DNA of 29,790 nt from a virus. Its lineage: Duplodnaviria > Caudoviricetes. The DNA is taken from positions 1 through 29,790 of IMG/VR virus record IMGVR_UViG_3300022914_000030; one strand, 5' to 3'. The position numbers and the translations under genes were made by a program. Positions 25,078 to 29,790 of this stretch are shown here, piece by piece; positions within the stretch are counted from its first letter, which is position 1; the number at the start of each line of letters is the position of its first letter. The notes under the pieces were generated by a model that searched no databases, had not been told where the DNA came from, and saw only the letters and a program-made list of their open reading frames with translations.

Positions 25078-25368
25078 TTATTTTTTAATAATTTCATATA
25101 ACTTTTCATCTATTTTATCAAGCTTATCTGAATTCGCATTTACTTTTTCTTCAGTAGAAATAATTGTTTCACGAATTAATTGATCCTTAAGATCATATTC
25201 TGTTCTTGATACTGGTGGCTCGGGCAATTCCTTAGCGAGCTGTATGTCTGCTTGCAAAGAATACCACATACCAACTACTGTTACAACAACAGCACCAATC
25301 GTTATAAGGGTTTCTACGCTAACGTTAAATTTAGATTTTTTAATTTTTTCAATATCTAATTCGCTCAT
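25078..25368 (-). CDS. Single-pass membrane protein with coiled-coil tail
   Basis: 96 aa with TM LITIGAVVVTVVGMWY and a helical C-terminus. Confidence 0.68.
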   Translation of the reverse strand: MSELDIEKIKKSKFNVSVETLITIGAVVVTVVGMWYSLQADIQLAKELPEPPVSRTEYDLKDQLIRETIISTEEKVNANSDKLDKIDEKLYEIIKK

Positions 25369-25481
25369 TATTTTTTCTTTTTCTTTTTAGATTTACGAAA
25401 TTTCGCAAAATCTGATTTGGTTAGTTTATCATAAGGAGGTGTTATCTTAGCAACCTTACTTAAGAATTTATTTTTTTTCAT
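25368..25481 (-). CDS. 37-aa Lys-rich microprotein (not in ORF track)
   Basis: MKKNKFLSKVAKITPPYDKLTKSDFAKFRKSKKKKKK*; TAATG overlap with the next gene. Confidence 0.7.
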   Translation of the reverse strand: MKKNKFLSKVAKITPPYDKLTKSDFAKFRKSKKKKKK

Positions 25482-25482
25482 A

Positions 25483-25767
25483 TTAACAATTCCATCTACG
25501 TCTTGCAGCTCTGCCCCTTTCAGATGTCCACCCTTTTGATCTTGCGCAAAACGATTTTCTTCTTTTAGCAGCTTTGCTCCCTTTTTTTAATTTAGACGGT
25601 GGCGTAGTTACCGCTGTTTTTAATTTACTCCCTGGATTATCACGTCTGTATTTAGCAACACCCTTTTTAGACATACCTCCTCCTGCTTTGGCACCGGTAC
25701 CTGTTTTATTCGCTTTATTATAATAACCTAAAGATTTTTTTCTTGAGGGTGCGTTTTTACTTGGCAT
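25483..25767 (-). CDS. Highly basic small protein (NPGS.LK...RRKSFCAR...WNC; DUF6321-like)
   Basis: 94 aa, K/R/G-rich. Family recalled from motifs, not searched. Confidence 0.7.
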   Translation of the reverse strand: MPSKNAPSRKKSLGYYNKANKTGTGAKAGGGMSKKGVAKYRRDNPGSKLKTAVTTPPSKLKKGSKAAKRRKSFCARSKGWTSERGRAARRRWNC

Positions 25768-25855
25768 AGTTGCTTTTTCTTTTTTTCATCTTAGGGCTTT
25801 TCTTGTAGGCTTTCTTAACTTTAAGGCCTCCTCCTTTTTTTGATTTTCCTGGCAT
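25757..25855 (-). CDS. 32-aa Lys-rich microprotein (not in ORF track)
   Basis: MPGKSKKGGGLKVKKAYKKSPKMKKRKSNYAK*; overlaps the start of the next gene. Confidence 0.62.
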   Translation of the reverse strand: MPGKSKKGGGLKVKKAYKKSPKMKKRKSNYAK

Positions 25856-25856
25856 G

Positions 25857-25910
25857 TTATATAAGTATTAGTATCAGGGTCATAACCCAAATTATTATTA
25901 AATCTTTCAT
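25857..25910 (-). CDS. 17-aa hydrophobic micropeptide
   Basis: MKDLIIIWVMTLILILI*. ATGA overlap with the upstream stop; ends 1 nt before the next ATG. Confidence 0.45.
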   Translation of the reverse strand: MKDLIIIWVMTLILILI

Positions 25911-26347
25911 CTCTGTGGATCTTTTAACATATCATCTATAGCTTTATTAAAAACTTTATCAGTATATGTTTTATTTTTATAAAAGACATTTTGTTGTGAC
26001 ACAGGAATATCTTCCTTGCCTAACAAGATATTATAAATTCTTGTAATAAGTCTTTTAGTTTTAAATGAAGTTTGGAATATAGAATATTTAATTGTAGTGC
26101 GGTTACGGTGTCTCCATACATCAATCCAGCCGTTTTTTCGTAGTCTTTCCCAACGTGCTTTATCCCAACTCATGAGGTATGTACCGTTAATGTAATCATT
26201 ACGCGTAAATCTTCCAATGCAATCAAAATGAATGAGTAATTCTAAATCTGCATCTGTGAGTCCGTGTGTTTTACAAGCCCACTTTCTAACCAACCTATAG
26301 TATTTAAAAAGCTGCAGGTCCCTTAAGTCCGATGCCTCTAGTCTCAT
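25907..26347 (-). CDS. Putative winged-helix (MarR-like) DNA-binding protein
   Basis: 146 aa with GLTDADLELLIHF...RLRKNGWI.V...F.TS.K pattern; coupled to groES. Confidence 0.5.
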   Translation of the reverse strand: MRLEASDLRDLQLFKYYRLVRKWACKTHGLTDADLELLIHFDCIGRFTRNDYINGTYLMSWDKARWERLRKNGWIDVWRHRNRTTIKYSIFQTSFKTKRLITRIYNILLGKEDIPVSQQNVFYKNKTYTDKVFNKAIDDMLKDPQR

Positions 26348-26598
26348 TCTACAATTACAACGTCGTTTTGTTTTATAACAATATACGTTTTTCCGTCAAA
26401 TATTATATCGTGCCCGGCGTGCCTATCATAATGTATAATATCACAACATTTAATAGCTTCAGTTTTTTCACCAACACTCACAACTTCACCTTTTAAATAT
26501 CTGAATTCAGCTTTATCATCTTGCATAATAAAACCAGATTCGGTTTTCTTTTCTTCTTTGATAGGTGTTATGATTATGTAATTATTTACTGCTTTCAT
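26344..26598 (-). CDS. groES: Co-chaperonin GroES
   Basis: 84 aa, mobile loop KTESGFIM, GEVVSVG, D.I.YD..AG, and DG..Y.VI...DV. Confidence 0.92.
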   Translation of the reverse strand: MKAVNNYIIITPIKEEKKTESGFIMQDDKAEFRYLKGEVVSVGEKTEAIKCCDIIHYDRHAGHDIIFDGKTYIVIKQNDVVIVE

Positions 26599-28141
26599 TT
26601 ATTCTTATATTTGAAATTACACAATCAGCTGAAAGAATTGTTAGCGCTACAGACACTGCATTTATTAATGCTGTTTTAGTAACCAGTACTGGATCTATAA
26701 TTCCTTCTTTTACTAAATCAACTCCTTTGCCTGTTACAACATTTATCCCCCAACCGTCATCAAAGTTTGGGCCGTAATTAATACCTGCATTGGAAAGTAT
26801 TGTTTTATATGGTGCTTTTATAGCTTCATATAATATTTTTTCCGCTGTACTTACAGCCTCTATATTAGTTGATGCGTTATGCAAAGCAATACCAGCACCT
26901 GGAACTATACCTTCTCTTAATGCTGCTTTTGTTGCGTGTATTGCATCATCAACTCTATCTTTCTTTTCTTTTAGCTCAACTTTGCTGTTTGCACCAACTT
27001 TTATAATACCAACAGCCCCAGATAGCATCGCAAGTCTTTGTTCTAACTTTTCTTTAATAAAACCGTTCTGTTCTTCTTTAATCTTTTTCTTAACGGTTTT
27101 TACTCTTTCTTTTGCCGCTTGCGGCAATTTTTTTATAGTAATAACGGTGTTTTTATCATCTGTAAGACATTTTATAGCTTCACCTAAGCAATCAGGTTGA
27201 ATGAGATCTAAATCATCCCCTAAATCCTCTGAAATAATTTTTGCTCCGGTTATTGTCGCTAAATCTTCTAGTGTATCGTGCTTGGTTGCTCCAAACCCGG
27301 GTACGTCTACGACGTTAACCTTTATATTGCCCTTTACTTTATTCATTATAAGCGCAGACAAAGGCTGTTGATCTAGCTGTGCTACAACCAGCAAACTTCT
27401 CTTTTCTCTTATAACGTGTTCAAGTATTGCTTGTATCTTTCTTATGTTAGGGACCTCAGATGCTACAATCAGTACGTATGGGTTATCTAGTTCTGATTTG
27501 CTTTTATCATCGTCGGTAGCAAGGTGCTGCGATTTAAGGCCTGAATCGAATTGTACTCCATCTACGATTTCAACGTACGTTTTCTCGTCGTCAGACTCTT
27601 CCATCAGTACAACACCGTCACTGCCAACGTTGTTATATGCGTCAGCAATTATCCCACCTAATTCCTTGTCATTATTAGCCGAGATAGTTGCGACACTGTT
27701 TAGCATATTATCTTTTACCTCTATCTTTACTTTATCTAAGTATGTAAGTACTTTATTCTTCGCTTCTTCTACATCCTTTTTTATTGTTCTTAAATCTACG
27801 GAAGAATCTAAAGCATTCTTTAAGATGGCTGAAGCCAGCACGGTTGAGGTTGTGGTACCGTCACCGGCTTCTTTTACTGTTTTTTGGGCTGCTTCTTTGA
27901 TCAGTCTTGCGCCTATGTTTTCCACAGGGTCCAGCAGCACTACGGAGTTTGCAACAGTTACACCATCTTTGGTGATCACCGGTTTCCCCATTGCATCTTC
28001 ATAGATGACACATTTACCCGATGCACCTAAAGTTGTTTCTACGGCGTCAGTCAATTTTGTGACACCTTTCATTATTTTATTTTTAGCACTTGATCCAAAT
28101 GCTAAATCTTTTACTATCTCACTAGGGTGATTGTATTCCAT
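26582..28141 (-). CDS. groEL: Chaperonin GroEL (phage-type, no GGM tail)
   Basis: 519 aa, ITKDGVTVA, AGDGTTT, EKKDRVDDA..ATKAA, GIVPGAG, GIIDP. Confidence 0.97.
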   Translation of the reverse strand: MEYNHPSEIVKDLAFGSSAKNKIMKGVTKLTDAVETTLGASGKCVIYEDAMGKPVITKDGVTVANSVVLLDPVENIGARLIKEAAQKTVKEAGDGTTTSTVLASAILKNALDSSVDLRTIKKDVEEAKNKVLTYLDKVKIEVKDNMLNSVATISANNDKELGGIIADAYNNVGSDGVVLMEESDDEKTYVEIVDGVQFDSGLKSQHLATDDDKSKSELDNPYVLIVASEVPNIRKIQAILEHVIREKRSLLVVAQLDQQPLSALIMNKVKGNIKVNVVDVPGFGATKHDTLEDLATITGAKIISEDLGDDLDLIQPDCLGEAIKCLTDDKNTVITIKKLPQAAKERVKTVKKKIKEEQNGFIKEKLEQRLAMLSGAVGIIKVGANSKVELKEKKDRVDDAIHATKAALREGIVPGAGIALHNASTNIEAVSTAEKILYEAIKAPYKTILSNAGINYGPNFDDGWGINVVTGKGVDLVKEGIIDPVLVTKTALINAVSVALTILSADCVISNIRINESSK

Positions 28142-28165
28142 TTAATTAAATTTTTGTAGTGGTTA

Positions 28166-28477
28166 CTAAAATGTTTTTATTACCTTTGGCCCTTTTAAGA
28201 AATCCAGTCTTTTCTGATAGTGATCTATAGATGCATCAATTGCAGCCTCACATGATTCAACTGTTTCTCTTCTTGTTACTCCGGTGTATCTGCAATCGCA
28301 GTTTTCTTTATCAGGGTCGCAATCACAAGGATCAGCACATTCGGCTTGGTAATATCCATTTGGTAATTGAGTTATTCTCCAATTCTTCTTATTGGCTAAG
28401 TGCTCCCATTGTTTTTTGTTAGCCTCTACTACTTGGGAGTCATTAGTGGTTGAGGTTTTGTAATAAAAATATGTCAT
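28166..28477 (-). CDS. Hypothetical protein with Cys/Asp-rich cluster
   Basis: 103 aa, WRITQLPNGYYQAE then CADPCDCDPDKENCDC. Confidence 0.75.
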   Translation of the reverse strand: MTYFYYKTSTTNDSQVVEANKKQWEHLANKKNWRITQLPNGYYQAECADPCDCDPDKENCDCRYTGVTRRETVESCEAAIDASIDHYQKRLDFLKGPKVIKTF

Positions 28478-28509
28478 GGTATTTATGTTTACATGGTTAA
28501 TATTAAAGA

Positions 28510-28740
28510 CTATTTGGTATTGTTTGTAGTCTTCGTTTTTGATCTGTTCTTTTTAACAGATATGAAACGCTTAGTATTGTGGTCGTAATCTTTGCCCTTA
28601 ATATTCTTCCCAGCTTTGATAGCGGCTCTCCTTTTTCTTTGGTTCTCCGCTTTCATCTTACGTCTCCTGGGTGTTAGGGCATATTCAAGATCTCGCTTGC
28701 GTTTTGCTAGCAGCGCCTTTCTACTAAGTTTTTGTTTCAT
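28510..28740 (-). CDS. Small basic protein with degenerate HNH-like DYDH...KNR motif
   Basis: 76 aa, very K/R-rich; first gene of the minus-strand block. Confidence 0.6.
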   Translation of the reverse strand: MKQKLSRKALLAKRKRDLEYALTPRRRKMKAENQRKRRAAIKAGKNIKGKDYDHNTKRFISVKKNRSKTKTTNNTK

Positions 28741-28744
28741 AATA

Positions 28745-28756
28745 TATTAATTACGC
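28745..28756 (-). promoter_or_regulatory. Candidate late promoter GCGTAAT
   Basis: GCGTAATTAATA immediately upstream of the first late gene; matches 11615-11626. Confidence 0.45.
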
Positions 28757-28758
28757 CG

Positions 28759-28824
28759 TTAAAAAATTTTTTAATGTGACGATTGAACCCTACTAATATT
28801 ATTATACAACCTATTGTCGCATTA
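28759..28824. repeat. 16-bp AT palindrome plus 12-bp imperfect inverted repeat
   Basis: TTAAAAAATTTTTTAA (28759-28774), and TAATGTGACGAT (28772-28783) / ATTGTCGCATTA (28813-28824). Confidence 0.6.
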
Positions 28825-29019
28825 GATGTATAGAGGTTTTGGATTATATACGTATTTTACACGACACCGCCTCATACCGGAACGACTTTTTTTACCCCCA
28901 CGGGGCCCTGTTTTGCGTGATTCCCTGTGAAAGTTTCAGCTTTTAGCTGCGTGCTACTGCGTGCTGTGACTACTACCCGGTGCCATGTGCCCGTTTCGCG
29001 TTTGCGTGTTGCGCGTTCG

Positions 29020-29050
29020 TACGCCGAGGGCACGGTGTTCTCTGGATAAT
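29020..29050 (+). promoter_or_regulatory. Candidate early promoter copy 1
   Basis: TACGC-N6-CACGG-N9-GATAAT, same spacing as copies 2 and 3. Confidence 0.6.
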
Positions 29051-29076
29051 AATCGTATAACATTAACACTAACACT

Positions 29077-29151
29077 ATGGAAGAACACGATATAGACGCA
29101 CTGATCGACTCGGTTTACGGGAACGATCACCTGTACGGGTCGGACGATTAA
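29077..29151 (+). CDS. 24-aa acidic micropeptide
   Basis: MEEHDIDALIDSVYGNDHLYGSDD*, with an A/C-rich leader after promoter copy 1 and a cUUCGg hairpin after it. Confidence 0.5.
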   Translation: MEEHDIDALIDSVYGNDHLYGSDD

Positions 29152-29159
29152 CGTTCGGC

Positions 29160-29176
29160 TCGGGGCTTCGGCCCGG
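29160..29176 (+). other. GC-rich cUUCGg hairpin
   Basis: GGGC-TTCG-GCCC just after the micro-ORF stop; no U-tract. Confidence 0.5.
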
Positions 29177-29183
29177 ATGCTAT

Positions 29184-29220
29184 ATGCTATACGTAGTAGA
29201 TACGACTTCATTTTGATAAT
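29184..29220 (+). promoter_or_regulatory. Candidate early promoter copy 2
   Basis: ATGCTATACGT-N6-TACGA-N9-GATAAT. Confidence 0.65.
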
Positions 29221-29245
29221 ACATATGAACTTTAAAATTAATATT

Positions 29246-29470
29246 ATGCAAACAATTAAATATAATAAATCAAAACAACAATACATAATTTCAACTTTAT
29301 CTAAAAATAAACAAATAATAAATCTTGAAATCTTAACTAAACTTTGCAACAAAACTCAAAGCTTACTTAAACTAAATAACAACTGGCAAACAACATCATT
29401 CTTGCCTAACTATGTCAAAATTAACAATGACTATTACTTACAAGAATTTGACTTTGACTATGTTGATTAA
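29246..29470 (+). CDS. Hypothetical early protein (74 aa)
   Basis: Likely start MQTIKYNKS (alternative ATG 29225) with AT-rich leader; acidic C-terminus. Confidence 0.6.
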   Translation: MQTIKYNKSKQQYIISTLSKNKQIINLEILTKLCNKTQSLLKLNNNWQTTSFLPNYVKINNDYYLQEFDFDYVD

Positions 29471-29494
29471 TTAAAGTTCGGTTCATGAACAACA

Positions 29495-29544
29495 GCGCGT
29501 GCTACGGTACTAAGGTGCGGGTTCGACTCCCGCCACGCGTTCTA
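29495..29544 (+). ncRNA. Minimal tRNA-like element (acceptor stem plus T-arm, no D or anticodon arm)
   Basis: GCGCGTG/CACGCGT 7-bp stem, GCGGG-TTCGACT-CCCGC T-arm, 15-nt linker, 3' TCTA. Confidence 0.65.
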
Positions 29545-29561
29545 ACTTAAAAACAATTATT

Positions 29562-29756
29562 ATGACTAAATTAGAAAAACTTCGTAAAAAAGTAAAAACA
29601 CAAAACACGTGGACTAACAAACGTATCACGTTCGGAACTACGGATAAGATTAAATCCAGTACGAAACCGAGTTACAGCCGAAACGCGCTGTGGACGTATC
29701 ACGGTAACAAGGAGTATTACTCACACTGTAAGTGGGAAGGACTCAGAGAAGCGTAA
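29562..29756 (+). CDS. Hypothetical basic early protein (64 aa)
   Basis: ATG with A-rich leader directly after the tRNA-like element. Confidence 0.6.
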   Translation: MTKLEKLRKKVKTQNTWTNKRITFGTTDKIKSSTKPSYSRNALWTYHGNKEYYSHCKWEGLREA

Positions 29757-29790
29757 ATGCTATACGTCATTACTACGATGACTTAATGAT
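29757..29790 (+). promoter_or_regulatory. Candidate early promoter copy 3 (truncated by window end)
   Basis: ATGCTATACGT-N6-TACGA-N9-GAT. Confidence 0.6.

Noticed and set aside
26790-28004. Long antisense ORFs and a GC-richer stretch within groEL
   Set aside because: Antisense ORFs are common opposite chaperonin genes, and no long same-strand alternative ORF is present.
28872-29352. Minus-strand ORFs 28872-29075 and 28954-29352
   Set aside because: They cross the GC-rich junction and run antisense to plus-strand promoter/ORF units, with no protein-like features.
29470-29550. Canonical tRNA gene
   Set aside because: No anticodon or D arm can be fitted in the 15-nt linker; reported as a tRNA-like element instead.
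1-29790. Stop-codon reassignment, introns/inteins, CRISPR array or DGR
   Set aside because: Genes are intact and tightly packed under the standard code, TerL/portal/MCP show no intein-sized insertions, and I saw no spaced repeats, reverse transcriptase or adenine-specific TR/VR pair.

Overview
AT-rich fragment of a tailed dsDNA phage genome with the gene content and order of a crAss-like (Crassvirales-related) virus, probably infecting Bacteroidota/Flavobacteriia (host inferred, not shown). About 28.7 kb is one tightly packed minus-strand late/structural block. In transcription order it runs: small basic/HNH-like protein, GroEL, GroES, wHTH protein, a run of microproteins and membrane proteins with a 3-TM holin, a ~12 kb modular fibre/receptor-binding cluster, a tandem GroES-like protein, putative TerS, TerL, portal, scaffold, major capsid protein, two ring proteins and the start of the muzzle protein. 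A GC-rich divergent junction near 28.75-29.05 kb is followed by plus-strand early-type genes behind a thrice-repeated TACG-N7-YACGR-N9-GAT(AAT) motif. Most notable: (1) two +1-frame genes overprinted inside head-assembly genes, a 38-aa basic MPFK...WNC peptide in the scaffold and a 173-aa membrane/lipoprotein-like ORF in terL; (2) a three-part chaperonin set (GroEL, GroES and a Cpn20-like double GroES); (3) an apparent plug-and-socket branched fibre system; (4) a ~50-nt tRNA-like element with acceptor stem and T-arm only; (5) several microproteins missed by the ORF track. All family assignments come from motif recognition by eye; no searches were run.
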